Assembly: GCA_033763315.1 (NCBI GenBank)
Contig: JANRKS010000009.1
Location: 256,001 to 320,000 of the forward strand
Direction of reading: 5' to 3'
Length of the DNA: 64,000 nt
Origin: Deltaproteobacteria bacterium
Lineage (GTDB): Bacteria > Myxococcota_A > Polyangia > Fen-1088
Shown here: piece by piece, positions 1 through 10,002 of the stretch
Numbering within the stretch: the stretch's first letter is position 1
How the letters are laid out: every line of letters begins with the position of its first letter
Program-made: the position numbers and the translations under genes
The notes under the pieces: generated by a model
The model's database searches: none
What the model saw: the letters and a program-made list of their open reading frames with translations, nothing else
Told to the model about the DNA's origin: nothing

Positions 1-42
1 GAAATTTTCGCACGTGAGTAAGGGAAATCGCAGCCCACGCCC

Positions 43-67
43 TAAAGATTGCTGGGACCCTGCCGAG
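43..67 (+). promoter_or_regulatory. Putative sigma28 (FliA/WhiG)-type promoter
   Basis: TAAA(43-46)-N15-GCCGAG(62-67), matching the TAAA-N15-GCCGATAA consensus, directly upstream of the histidine kinase. Confidence 0.5.
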
Positions 68-71
68 GGAT

Positions 72-1250
72 GTGTCAGGTTTCGATACAGATATGACGCA
101 GGGGCCCAAGGAGAACCTCGACGATCGCACCATGGTGCTCGTGTCCGTGGCAAAACGCCAATGGGAACGCACCTTTGACGCGATCAGCGAGCCGCTGATG
201 CTCATCGACAGCCAGTATGTGATCCGCCGTGCCAACCTTGCGTTGGCGGATGACCTGGGCGCGCCTGTGCAAGGTGTGGTGGGACGCAAATGCCACGAAC
301 TGCGTGCCGAATCGCCGCGCTCCTTGCCCCGCAGCGGCGAGGGCCCCTGCCAAGGTTGCCCGGTGGACCGCGCACAGAACGAGCAGAGCGCGCGCATCGC
401 GGAGCTTGAAACCAACAACGGCCGCATCTATCGCATTCACGTTTATCCGTTCGAGGACAACGACGAACGCCTCAGTATCTGCCGTTACCGGGATGTTACC
501 GAAGAGCGCACGCTGGCGCGGCAGTTGAGCCACGCCGAAAAATTGGCGGCCATCGGACGTTTGGCGGGCGGCGTGGCGCACGAGATCAACAACCCGCTGG
601 GCGGCATCTTGGCGTTCACCCAGATCTTGCAACGGAACGACATCACCCCTGACGAACGCGCCGAGTATCTAGAGGAGATCGAGAAGATGGCCTTGCGGTG
701 CAAAGCCATTGTTCAATCGCTTTTGCGGTTCGCGCGGCAAGCGCCGGGAACGGTGCGTGGGCCGGTGCTGTTGAATGACGTGATCTCTCAGGCGCTGCGT
801 TTTTCGCCCTTTAAGTTCGGTGCACGCGACGTTGAGATAAGAACGCTCTTGGCGCCGAACCTGCCGCCCATCGAAGGCAACGCAAACCAACTTGAACAAA
901 TCCTGATCAACTTGTTGTCAAACGCCGTGGACGCGATCGCCTCTGCGCGTCCCGACGGCCGGGGGCGCATTGATGTGTCCACGCGCTTCGAGCAAAACCA
1001 AGTGTGGCTTGAGGTGCGTGACGATGGCCCGGGTCTGGCACAGGAAGGTTTGCAAAAGATCTTCGATCCCTTCTTCACAACAAAAGAAGAAGGCAAGGGC
1101 ACGGGCCTCGGTTTGGCCGTGACCTACGCGATTGTTCAAGAGCACGGTGGTCACATCTCGGCCGCCAACCATCCGGGTGGCGGTGCCGTATTCACAGTGC
1201 GCTTTCCGGCGATGCCGCGTGTGCCGCGCCGGACGCCCACCGTCGGGTAA
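72..1250 (+). CDS. Cytoplasmic PAS-domain sensor histidine kinase (NtrB-like); start may be ATG 93
   Basis: PAS region (WERTFDAISEPL, PCQGCPV), H-box AHEINNPL, N-box NLLSNA, G1 DDGPG, F-box FDPFFTTK, G2 GTGLGL; no TM helix. Confidence 0.93.
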   Translation: MSGFDTDMTQGPKENLDDRTMVLVSVAKRQWERTFDAISEPLMLIDSQYVIRRANLALADDLGAPVQGVVGRKCHELRAESPRSLPRSGEGPCQGCPVDRAQNEQSARIAELETNNGRIYRIHVYPFEDNDERLSICRYRDVTEERTLARQLSHAEKLAAIGRLAGGVAHEINNPLGGILAFTQILQRNDITPDERAEYLEEIEKMALRCKAIVQSLLRFARQAPGTVRGPVLLNDVISQALRFSPFKFGARDVEIRTLLAPNLPPIEGNANQLEQILINLLSNAVDAIASARPDGRGRIDVSTRFEQNQVWLEVRDDGPGLAQEGLQKIFDPFFTTKEEGKGTGLGLAVTYAIVQEHGGHISAANHPGGGAVFTVRFPAMPRVPRRTPTVG

Positions 1251-2895
1251 CGGCCACAGCCGCTTTGTATTGTTCCACCCATGCGGCCTGCTGTGCGGCA
1301 GACGCGTTGAGCTCTTTGGCGAGACTTGCAGCCACGCGATCACACGCTGGCACGCCTTGCTGGGCGCCGTTGCGGAACACCGAGAGCCGACGACGTAACA
1401 CATCTTCCACGGTGCGCGCTTGTTCATATCGCGCGGCGAACACAACCTCGGCCCACACATCGGGCAGATCTTGATCGATGGGCGCCGCGAGGCTGGCATC
1501 GGTGAGGCAAAGCGCGGCCACAAAGGGCGCGCGTGCGCCGTAGCGACTGCGTAGATGAACCTGGGTGGCTTCTGACAAAGCGCTCAACGCGCCTTCGGCG
1601 TCTGTTGTGACGGGCCACGCGGCGGCGCCGGGCAAGGGATATGTGGCGGTGCTGCACTTGCCCGGGATGGCGGAAAGGCCGCGCCGACGCCCCCAATGAC
1701 ACAAACGATCGACGATCTGTTCGGCCATCTTGCGCATCGTTGTCAGCTTGCCGCCCACAATGGTCACCGCGCCGTCTTCGAAAAACAATTCATGTTCGCG
1801 AGAGGTGGCCGACGGCGAAGCGTCGAGCGAAGCCACCAAAGGGCGCAGCCCGGCCCAGGTAGAAATGACATCCTCGTCTCGGAGGCGCGCCTCGGGAAAA
1901 GCGGCGTTTGCGGCTTCGAGAAGGTAATCCACGTCGCTGCGGCTGGCGGCAATCGCATCGCCCGGCTCCGCGGTGCCTCGCGGCCGATGTTCGGGGTGCC
2001 AGTCTGTATCGGTGGTTCCAATGGCGGTGCGCGCGCCTGCGGGCAAAATGAAAAACAGACGTCCGTCGCGCGGTGAATTGAGCACGAAGACGCGCCCGTT
2101 GGTGGGCAATCGTTTGGCATCCACCACGATGTGAACGCCCAGCGTGGGACGCAGGCGATGGGTGTTGGCGAACGTATCTGAGAACGGCCCCGTGGCGTTG
2201 ACGTACGCACGCGTTTTGACTTCGATGGCGTCGCTGTCGCGCTCTTGGTCATGCAGACTCAACGTGAAGATATTGTCCACGCGTGTGGGCTGATCGGCTT
2301 TCACGTAGTTGAGACACACGGCTCCCGCCGCTTCGGCGTCCAACACATTTTCGAGCACGAGGCGCGCATCATCGGTTTGGCAGTCTTGGTAGATCTGCGC
2401 GCCCAGCAGATCGCGCTTGCGCAGCAGAGGCGCCTGTTGCGACAGCTGCTCAGCGCTCAAGCGCACACGTTTGCTGGGGCGTTGCCACAAGGCCAACAGG
2501 TTGTATAGGCGCACCCCGATGCCAATGGCGGCCAGCGATGGCTTGCCACCCTTATAGGCGGGAAAGACAAAATCGATCGGCTGGCAAAGGTGCGGTGCCG
2601 TGCGCATCAGACGCCGTCGTTCTGCAAGGCCCTCGAACACCAAGCCGAAGTTGCCGTACTGCAAATAGCGAATGCCGCCGTGGATCAACCGCGACGATGC
2701 AGACGAGGTCTGCGACGCGAAATCACCGCAGTCGACGAGTAGCGTCTTGAGGCCGCGCAAAGCCGCGTCGCGGGCCGTGGCTGCACCGGTGGCGCCACCA
2801 CCCACGATCACAACGTCGAATGTGTGGCCCGTGAGGCGTTGGAATTGACTGTGCCGGGTGGGCGGCGGCGAAGGGAAGTGATGGGAAGCGGCCAT
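1192..2895 (-). CDS. glpD: FAD-dependent glycerol-3-phosphate dehydrogenase/oxidase
   Basis: GGGATG FAD motif, TSSASSRLIHGGIRYL, TDDARL, WAGLRPL, GGKLTT. Confidence 0.92.
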   Translation of the reverse strand: MAASHHFPSPPPTRHSQFQRLTGHTFDVVIVGGGATGAATARDAALRGLKTLLVDCGDFASQTSSASSRLIHGGIRYLQYGNFGLVFEGLAERRRLMRTAPHLCQPIDFVFPAYKGGKPSLAAIGIGVRLYNLLALWQRPSKRVRLSAEQLSQQAPLLRKRDLLGAQIYQDCQTDDARLVLENVLDAEAAGAVCLNYVKADQPTRVDNIFTLSLHDQERDSDAIEVKTRAYVNATGPFSDTFANTHRLRPTLGVHIVVDAKRLPTNGRVFVLNSPRDGRLFFILPAGARTAIGTTDTDWHPEHRPRGTAEPGDAIAASRSDVDYLLEAANAAFPEARLRDEDVISTWAGLRPLVASLDASPSATSREHELFFEDGAVTIVGGKLTTMRKMAEQIVDRLCHWGRRRGLSAIPGKCSTATYPLPGAAAWPVTTDAEGALSALSEATQVHLRSRYGARAPFVAALCLTDASLAAPIDQDLPDVWAEVVFAARYEQARTVEDVLRRRLSVFRNGAQQGVPACDRVAASLAKELNASAAQQAAWVEQYKAAVAVTRRWASGAAHAASPESAL

Positions 2896-2970
2896 GGCAA
2901 GCCCACGTGCGTAGGCATAGTGAAGTTTAACAGCTTCTGCCGTTCGCGCGCGGGCCGGGCCTGGCCTCCT

Positions 2971-4785
2971 TTATGTGGTTCGCAGGGCGATGTGCAACTC
3001 TTCCAGCTGCTTGTTCGATACAGTCCCCGGCGCGTCCGTACACAGATCGGTGCCCTTTTGCGTTTTCGGAAACGCGATAACGTCGCGAAGCGATTCAGCG
3101 CCACACATCAGCATCGCCAAGCGATCAAGCCCCGCCGCGATGCCGCCGTGGGGAGGCGGCCCGTAACGGAAGGCCTCAAGCAGGAACCCGAACTTTTGCT
3201 GCGCGTCCGCGTCCGAAAGGCCGAGCGCCCGGAACACACGCTCTTGCACGTCACGGCGGTGGATACGAATGGAACCGCCGGCGATCTCGTTGCCGTTGAG
3301 GCACAAGTCGTAGGCACGCGCCCGCACAGAGGCAGGATCGGATTCAAGCCGAGGCAAGTCTTCGTCAAGTGGGGAAGTGAACGGGTGGTGGGCTGCCACC
3401 AAGTGGCCGTCTTCCGCACCTTCGAACAACGGGAATTCCGTGATCCAGCAGAACTTCCACACGTTCTTCGGAATCAATCCCATTTTATCTGCCAGGTGCA
3501 GGCGCAGGGCACCAAGCACCGTGTTGGCCAATTTGCGTGAGCCGAATTGGAAGAACAAGAGATCGCCATCCACCGCTTCACAAGCGCGGTTGATCTGTTG
3601 GCGCATGTCATCCGCCACCGTTTTAAGGGGCGTTTGCGTCCATGCTCCACCATCGGCGATGCGTGCACGGGCCAAACCTTTGGCGCCAAAGCCTTTAACC
3701 CATTCTTCAAGCTTATCGACCTCGGTGCGCGACAGTTTCGTGGCTTGTTCCGCGGGCAAACGCCACACCTTGACCACCGCCGGATCCGTGGCAGGACGTT
3801 TGGCTTCCAACGCCGTTTTGAACATGCCAATGCCACCGCCGTCGGCGCCACGCACAATCTCCGTCACATCGGTGAGCGGCAGATCGAATCGCAGATCAGG
3901 CTTGTCCGAACCGTACTTCGACATGGCCTCGTGGTAAGGCATGCGCGCGAACGGCGTGGGGATGGTGACACCCAAGACGTCCTTCCACAGGCTGGATGTG
4001 AGATCTTCGATTACGGACTGCACGTCAGTTTCGGTCACGAAACTCATCTCAAGATCGATCTGCGTGAACTCGGGCTGCCGATCTTGGCGCAGATCTTCAT
4101 CGCGAAAGCATCGAACGATCTGAAAATACCGATCAAAGCCGGCCACCATGAACAGCTGCTTGAAGATCTGAGGCGATTCCGCCAAGCCATAAAAGCTGCC
4201 TGGGTTCAAACGCGAAGGCACCAAGAAGTTGCGCGCGCCGCCTGGGGTGTATTTCACCATGAACGGCGTCTCGATCTCCAAGAAGCCGTGGCGAGCCAGA
4301 GTGTTGCGCGCGGTGTGATAAATCTTCGAGCGCAAGATGAAATTCTTCTGCAAGCTTGGGCGCCGCAGGTCGAGCGCGCGGTGCTTGAGGCGAATGTTCT
4401 CGTTGGTGCCAATGTCGTCGGCGATCTCAAAGGGAGGCGTGTCCGACTTCGAGAAGATCGTCAGTTTGTCGCAATGAACTTCGATCTCACCGGTCGAGAG
4501 GTTCGGGTTCTTGTTGCTGCCGCCGCGGCTGCGCACGACGCCCGATAGGCCCACGCAGAACTCCGAACGCAGCTCGCCCGCCAAGGCGAACGCATCGGGG
4601 CCGTAGCTTGGCTCGAACACCACTTGGGTGATGCCGCCGCGATCGCGCAGATCGATGAACACACACCCGCCGTGGTCGCGGCGATTGCTGACCCATCCAA
4701 AGAGCACGACGCGTTGGCCGTCGTCGGCCGCGCGCAGGGCACCACAATCATGCGTTCGCTTGAGATCTTTGAGAAACTCGGACAT
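2971..4785 (-). CDS. aspS: Aspartyl-tRNA synthetase
   Basis: RTHDCG, FIDLRDR, CFRDEDLRQDRQPEFTQID, HHPFTSP, PPHGGIAAGLDR, FPKTQ. Confidence 0.98.
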   Translation of the reverse strand: MSEFLKDLKRTHDCGALRAADDGQRVVLFGWVSNRRDHGGCVFIDLRDRGGITQVVFEPSYGPDAFALAGELRSEFCVGLSGVVRSRGGSNKNPNLSTGEIEVHCDKLTIFSKSDTPPFEIADDIGTNENIRLKHRALDLRRPSLQKNFILRSKIYHTARNTLARHGFLEIETPFMVKYTPGGARNFLVPSRLNPGSFYGLAESPQIFKQLFMVAGFDRYFQIVRCFRDEDLRQDRQPEFTQIDLEMSFVTETDVQSVIEDLTSSLWKDVLGVTIPTPFARMPYHEAMSKYGSDKPDLRFDLPLTDVTEIVRGADGGGIGMFKTALEAKRPATDPAVVKVWRLPAEQATKLSRTEVDKLEEWVKGFGAKGLARARIADGGAWTQTPLKTVADDMRQQINRACEAVDGDLLFFQFGSRKLANTVLGALRLHLADKMGLIPKNVWKFCWITEFPLFEGAEDGHLVAAHHPFTSPLDEDLPRLESDPASVRARAYDLCLNGNEIAGGSIRIHRRDVQERVFRALGLSDADAQQKFGFLLEAFRYGPPPHGGIAAGLDRLAMLMCGAESLRDVIAFPKTQKGTDLCTDAPGTVSNKQLEELHIALRTT

Positions 4786-4890
4786 GCCGCGAACATAGCC
4801 GCAACCTTGGAGGTTCGGAAGGGGCAGGCGTGCGGGAAGGGGGGCGAAAGGGTCGAAACGGGGGTCCCGTGCTGTTTTGCCGAGGTGGGC

Positions 4891-5853
4891 TTAAGGCTTA
4901 CGGGGGTTTGCGGCCTGATCTCGCTCGCGCCGTTCGCGCTTCTCCACAACTTGCCGGGCACGCTTGGCCTGCAGCGCCGGCGAAGGCCGCCGCCCCTGCA
5001 GCGCTTCTTGCTCTTTGTGGTGCTCATCGAACGAGCCGGGCGAGACGCCCAACTCGAAGATGGTAACTTCGCGGCGTGCGCGCTCGCCCACCCGAAGCGG
5101 CATGATGGCGGCACCTATGCCCGCACCCACATACACAGCCCCGGAAACGCCGGGGCCCCGCGCGCGGCTGCCGTACAGCCCGTGTACGTAACGGTGCCCA
5201 AACAAGCGCCCCGCTGCCAGCTCGTGAAGCTTCGCCACCGTGATCTGACCGGCGTGCGTGTGGCCCGAAAGCACAAAGGGCACGCCCCGGGTCCACAGCG
5301 CATCGGCTTCCTCGGCAATGTGCGACAAACCGAGCGTCGGCAGGGCTCGGTTAAGGCCGCGGGTCGCCTGGTCCTTATCGGCATGCCCGGTGTAAGCGTC
5401 GTCCAGCCCCACCACCTGCAGCTTTTGTCCGCGCAGGGTGATGACCGTATTTTGGTTGTTCAGCACCTCAACGCCGCCTTTGCGCAAGGCCAAACGCACT
5501 TCGGGAGCGCCCGACCAGTGATCATGGTTGCCCAGCACCGCGATGGCCGGGACTTTAAACAACGACACGAGCTCGGTGAGTTGGTCTAGATAGAGCTGGC
5601 TGTGACAAACAAAATCCCCGGTGAGAACCACCAGGTCGGGCTGCTCAGCGTTTGCCTTCGCCACCGCTTCGAGCTGAACGGCGTAGGGCGTAACCTTGCC
5701 CACGTGCTGATCCGTGAGGTGGGCCACCCGCAGTGGCGCCATCTGCTCGACGTAACTTTCGGGACCCGCAAACCGCCGCAAATGGATGCGTGAACGGGGG
5801 GCGCGATTGCCGGAACGGCCGCTTAAAAGGATGCCAGCTGGCAAACCAAACAT
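4891..5853 (-). CDS. Calcineurin-like metallophosphoesterase (YkuE-like); alternative start 5742
   Basis: DxH (TDQH), GDF, GNHD, SH and SGHTHAGQ motifs; extended -10 TGnTATAAT 8 nt before ATG 5853. Confidence 0.9.
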   Translation of the reverse strand: MFGLPAGILLSGRSGNRAPRSRIHLRRFAGPESYVEQMAPLRVAHLTDQHVGKVTPYAVQLEAVAKANAEQPDLVVLTGDFVCHSQLYLDQLTELVSLFKVPAIAVLGNHDHWSGAPEVRLALRKGGVEVLNNQNTVITLRGQKLQVVGLDDAYTGHADKDQATRGLNRALPTLGLSHIAEEADALWTRGVPFVLSGHTHAGQITVAKLHELAAGRLFGHRYVHGLYGSRARGPGVSGAVYVGAGIGAAIMPLRVGERARREVTIFELGVSPGSFDEHHKEQEALQGRRPSPALQAKRARQVVEKRERRERDQAANPRKP

Positions 5854-5915
5854 GTTCGCCCATTATAGCACCCCTGCGCAGAGATCGGGCCCGCGGGGCA
5901 AAGCAGGACACGCGG

Positions 5916-5941
5916 TCAAGAAGCGCGCGTGAGTTGCCGAT
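5916..5941 (+). promoter_or_regulatory. Putative sigma28-type promoter
   Basis: TCAAG-N15-GCCGAT just upstream of the EAL-HDOD gene. Confidence 0.4.
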
Positions 5942-5953
5942 GCTCAATCCTCT

Positions 5954-7186
5954 TTGGCAAGTCCGATCGACGTGTATGTGGCGCGACAGCCGATCTTTGA
6001 TCGGCGTGGTCAAGTGACGGCGTATGAGCTGCTTTATCGCTCTGGCCTGCGCAACGCCGTGCCCGCTGGGATGGATTTGGATCACGCGTCCGCCAAAGTT
6101 ATCAGCGACGCACTTTCCGTGTTTGGTTACGACGTCCTGCTGGACAAGCGTCCCGGTTACGTGAACGCAAGCGAGAAGGTCTTGATTGAAGGCTGGTACC
6201 GCGTGTTGCCCCCAGGCAACACAGTGGTGGAGGTGCTGGAATCGGTGATGCCCACACCGGCGGTGCTCGCCAGCTGTCACGCGGCAAAGATGGCCGGCTA
6301 CAAGTTGGCCTTAGACGACTTTGTGTATCGGCCGCAGTTGCGACCGTTGCTGGACTTGGCTGACATCGTGAAGATCGATTTTTTGGAGATCGTGGGCGAG
6401 CAACGTGAGTTCGCGCGCGATCTCGTGGGGCACCAACGCTTGGCTCTGGCGGAGAAGGTGGAAACGGTGGCCGACTTTAAGGCCGCGGTAGATTTGGGAT
6501 ACGATCTGTTTCAAGGGTACTTCTTCGCCCGGCCCGAGATCGTGGCTCGCAAAGACATCGCGCCCGCCAAGCTCGCCTACGTGCATCTGCTGGGTGAGTT
6601 GAACAAAGAAGACCTGGATTTCCCATCGGTGGAGCTGATCATCAAGCGCGATCCGGCGTTGGCGCTCAAGCTATTGCGGTTCCTAAACTCCGCGGCGTTC
6701 GGGTGGCGCAGCCGCGTGGAGACGTTGCGACAGGCGCTGGTCCTGCTGGGTGAGCGGCCGTTTCGCCGTTGGGCCTCGCTGATTGCCATCTCCGTGTTGG
6801 CTGAAGATCACCCGATGCCGCTGCTGATGTCATGCATGGTGCGTGCGCGGTTTGCCGAAGCGCTTGTGGGTTTGGCAGGCATGCAAGAGCGCTGTTTGGA
6901 TGCGTTCTTTGCTGGCATGTTCTCCGGTCTCGACGCGTTGGTGGGGCGGCCGCTGGCGGAGCTGCTAATCGATCTGCGTTTGGCGCCCGATCTGCGCGAA
7001 GCCCTCTTGGGGCAAGGCCGAGGTAAGCTTGCGGCGTGCATCACGATCGTGTTGGCCTATGAAACGGGCAACTGGGATGACGTAGGCGACGCCGCCCAAG
7101 GACTTGAACTTGATGATTTGGCGGTGGCGCACGCTTACCGCGAGGCCATCGAGTGGGCCCAGCAGTGTTGGCCCAACAGCCCCTGA
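5954..7186 (+). CDS. EAL + HDOD domain c-di-GMP phosphodiesterase (YuxH/PdeH-like)
   Basis: ARQPIFD, YELLYR, VEVLE, LALDDF, VKID, AEKVET, FQGYFFARP; C-terminal HDOD (DPALALKLLRFLNS). Confidence 0.9.
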   Translation: MASPIDVYVARQPIFDRRGQVTAYELLYRSGLRNAVPAGMDLDHASAKVISDALSVFGYDVLLDKRPGYVNASEKVLIEGWYRVLPPGNTVVEVLESVMPTPAVLASCHAAKMAGYKLALDDFVYRPQLRPLLDLADIVKIDFLEIVGEQREFARDLVGHQRLALAEKVETVADFKAAVDLGYDLFQGYFFARPEIVARKDIAPAKLAYVHLLGELNKEDLDFPSVELIIKRDPALALKLLRFLNSAAFGWRSRVETLRQALVLLGERPFRRWASLIAISVLAEDHPMPLLMSCMVRARFAEALVGLAGMQERCLDAFFAGMFSGLDALVGRPLAELLIDLRLAPDLREALLGQGRGKLAACITIVLAYETGNWDDVGDAAQGLELDDLAVAHAYREAIEWAQQCWPNSP

Positions 7187-7954
7187 TCAACGGGCGCTGG
7201 TTTCGAGAAAATCGAGCACGGCGGATACGAATTTATCGGGCGCCTCTAGGTTGGTGAGGTGCCCGGCGCCCGCGATCTTGGTGAACGATCCGTAAGGCAA
7301 CGCGGCCGCCATTTGCTGCCCTTCGGCCGGCGTGGCGATCAAGTCGTGCTCACCCACCACCACCAACGTTGACACGCGGATGTTGGCCAACTCCTGGCTG
7401 CGATCCGGGCGATCGCGCAAGGCCGCCAACGCTGCCAACACGCCGGGTTGCGGTTGATTCATCAACGACCTCGTCAATGCGCGCACGCTGGCGGAGGCCG
7501 TGGGCGCCAACAATTTTTCCACCATTCCGTCAGCGAACGCCCCCACGCCCTGCTCTTGCACGGTCTTGATCGCGTTGGCGCGACCCTGCAGCGCTTGCGC
7601 TGAATCTGCGGTCGCTTTGGTGTCTGCCAAAACGAGAGCCTTCACTTGTTCGGGATGCCTGTTGATGAGAGCCAAAGCTATGTACCCACCCATCGACAAG
7701 CCCAGCACTGTGGCTTTGCGGATGCCAAGCGATTGCAGCAACCCCGATACGGCTTCCGCTTGATCCACGATTGACCACGGACCTTTGCCGGGTGATTGCC
7801 CGAAGCCCATAAGGTCGGGTGCGATCACGCGCAAGCCCGCTTTCACAAACAAAGGCGTCACTCCCGACCAGAAAGTGCGATCGAAGGGAAACGCGTGCAA
7901 CAGCAGCAGCGGTTCGCCTTGCCCTTCGTCGTCGAAGCGGAGCGCGTCGGACAT
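7187..7954 (-). CDS. Alpha/beta fold hydrolase (PcaD-like)
   Basis: LLHAFP, PDLMGFGQS, nucleophile GLSMGG, GEHD, AGHL. Confidence 0.9.
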   Translation of the reverse strand: MSDALRFDDEGQGEPLLLLHAFPFDRTFWSGVTPLFVKAGLRVIAPDLMGFGQSPGKGPWSIVDQAEAVSGLLQSLGIRKATVLGLSMGGYIALALINRHPEQVKALVLADTKATADSAQALQGRANAIKTVQEQGVGAFADGMVEKLLAPTASASVRALTRSLMNQPQPGVLAALAALRDRPDRSQELANIRVSTLVVVGEHDLIATPAEGQQMAAALPYGSFTKIAGAGHLTNLEAPDKFVSAVLDFLETSAR

Positions 7955-7957
7955 GAT

Positions 7958-8689
7958 TTACTTCTTCGCCCCCGACATGCCTGCCATCACCTGCTGCATG
8001 AACATGTTTTGATCAAAAGGCACCGGCTTGGCCGTGAGGCTGGACTTCGCACCCGTGCCCATCTTCACAAGCTCCACCGTGGCTGGGCCCATGGGCGTCT
8101 TGCTTTCCATCTTCACCAGCCCGAGCGGCGTGGCCTTGTCTGACAGCCACGTGATCGCTTCATCGGTGCCGCGCTTTTGCGTGTGGCGCCGGCATTGAAA
8201 ACTGCCGGCCGTGACCTTGATGGTTTCCGTTTTGGCTTCGAGATCTTTGACCTGCAGGCGTTTGAACGATTCTTTGGGGACCATCGGGTGATCCGCGGGC
8301 ATTTCCATGGGCGTGTTCTTGCCCACCTGCATGATCACGCCCGCGGGCCGGCTTTCGAGCTTTGGATCGCGCGGGATCTTCACTTGAATCAGCATCGCCC
8401 CCAGCTTCTGCATCGGGCCGCCTTCGACGGACATCTCGATCGTTGTGTTCTTTTCATCCCGCCCGATGATGGCCATGCGTTGGTTCATCTCGCCGTTGGG
8501 CATCTTCAGCACGTATTGGCCCCACGCACCGATCTTGGCTTGGTGCACGTCCAGGATCGTGGGGAACACGGGCGCGCCTTGTGCCTGCGCCAGGGCTTGC
8601 GTGGCCACCACGAGGGCGCCCGTCATGACCAGGGCGCGGAGCGCATGGCCCAAATAGGAAAAGGTTGTGCGGCGGGCGGTGGTGTTCAT
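7958..8689 (-). CDS. Secreted hypothetical protein
   Basis: AAGGA RBS before ATG 8689; signal peptide ending ALAQA; ETIKVTAGSFQC beta-hairpin; coding-like bias. Confidence 0.75.
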   Translation of the reverse strand: MNTTARRTTFSYLGHALRALVMTGALVVATQALAQAQGAPVFPTILDVHQAKIGAWGQYVLKMPNGEMNQRMAIIGRDEKNTTIEMSVEGGPMQKLGAMLIQVKIPRDPKLESRPAGVIMQVGKNTPMEMPADHPMVPKESFKRLQVKDLEAKTETIKVTAGSFQCRRHTQKRGTDEAITWLSDKATPLGLVKMESKTPMGPATVELVKMGTGAKSSLTAKPVPFDQNMFMQQVMAGMSGAKK

Positions 8690-8733
8690 TTGTGTTTCCT
8701 TCACGGCGAACATTGTCATGTGGGGGGCGTGCG

Positions 8734-8749
8734 CGCAAAACCGCGGCCA
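8734..8749 (-). promoter_or_regulatory. Putative sigma54 -24/-12 promoter
   Basis: TGGCCGCGGTTTTGCG (GG-N10-GC) on the minus strand ~45 nt upstream of ATG 8689. Confidence 0.5.
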
Positions 8750-8835
8750 TCCCATGGACGTGCCGGGCTGGCCGCCTGTTCACGGGACTGTGCAGATGGT
8801 GCCAGAAGTTGCAGGAAGAGGGCGCGTGAGGGAGC

Positions 8836-9759
8836 ATGGACCGTTCGGTCACCAAAATGGATCAGGCGCTGCAAATGTTCTTGGACCACCTCAAAGTGGA
8901 GCGAAGGTTGTCGCCCGCCACGGTGGCCGCTTATGCCCAAGACGTGGGGGCGTTTGTCGCGTTTTCGCAAACGCGCGGCCATGCTGAAGCTCACGCCGTG
9001 CAGGCGATCGATGTGCTTGAATTTGTGGCAAAGCTCACCGACGACAGAATCAGCGCGCGTTCGCAAGCCCGCAAACTGATCGCTTTGCGCCAGTTCTTCC
9101 GATTCCTTAAAGACGAACGTTTGATCGCCAGCAATCCCACGGAAGACGTGGATCTGCCGCGTTTTGGCCGTAAATTACCCACATTTTTAACCTTGACCGA
9201 GGTGGACGCTTTGTTGGCCGCGCCGGCTCGCGGCGATGGTGGCCAAGGGCTGCGCGACGCTGCGATGTTGGAAACGCTCTACGCCACCGGGCTGCGCGTG
9301 TCGGAACTCGTGAAGCTGAAACTGGGCGATGTGAACATGCAGGCCGGGTACCTGCGCGCGCTGGGTAAGGGCAACAAAGAACGCTTGGTGCCGCTGGGGC
9401 AAACGGCGATGCAGACGCTGCGGCTCTACATGGAGACGGCGCGCGCCGGGTTCGCGGCCAAAGCCCGCAGCACCAAGGCGCTTGAGTATCTATTCCTGTC
9501 TCGCCTGGGTGGTCCGATGACCCGGCAAGCTTTTTGGAAGCAGCTGGGGCAATACGCGATCAAGGCCGGCATCACCCGGGCCATCTCGCCACACAAGTTG
9601 CGCCATTCCTTTGCAACCCACTTGGTGGAGCGGGGCGCGGACTTGCGGGCCGTCCAGGCCATGTTGGGCCACGCGGACATTGGCACCACCGAGATCTACA
9701 CCCATCTGTCCCGCAGCCACTTGCGCCAGGTGTACAACAAGTTCCACCCGCGGTCGTAA
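8836..9759 (+). CDS. xerD: Tyrosine recombinase XerD
   Basis: LYATGLRVSEL, GKGNKERLVP, SPHKLRHSFATHL, MLGHADIGTTEIYTH. Confidence 0.93.
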   Translation: MDRSVTKMDQALQMFLDHLKVERRLSPATVAAYAQDVGAFVAFSQTRGHAEAHAVQAIDVLEFVAKLTDDRISARSQARKLIALRQFFRFLKDERLIASNPTEDVDLPRFGRKLPTFLTLTEVDALLAAPARGDGGQGLRDAAMLETLYATGLRVSELVKLKLGDVNMQAGYLRALGKGNKERLVPLGQTAMQTLRLYMETARAGFAAKARSTKALEYLFLSRLGGPMTRQAFWKQLGQYAIKAGITRAISPHKLRHSFATHLVERGADLRAVQAMLGHADIGTTEIYTHLSRSHLRQVYNKFHPRS

Positions 9760-10002
9760 GCCCAAAGGTAAGGCGGGGTAGGCGCCGCATCCTGGGCCTG
9801 CTGGCTGGTGTTTGGGCCGATCTGAGGCGAAGCTTGCCCCAATCGTTGAGTTCCGAGGGGGCCTCGGCTATACAGGGACACTTTCGACAGGCTTGACCGT
9901 GAGCTCATTTTCCAAACCTATTGTGCAAGGCGCGATCCGCTGTCTGACGGCGGGGCTTTGTGGTGGTTTGCGGGCGGCATCTTTACGCGGAACGCAGGTG
10001 GT

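Noticed and set aside
1192-1250. 59-nt convergent overlap of the kinase and glpD
   Set aside because: Covers only short C-terminal tails beyond the recognisable domains; common in GC-rich genomes.
8836-9759. Tyrosine recombinase as a mobile-element integrase
   Set aside because: Typical XerD length and motifs in housekeeping context; no att sites or cargo seen.
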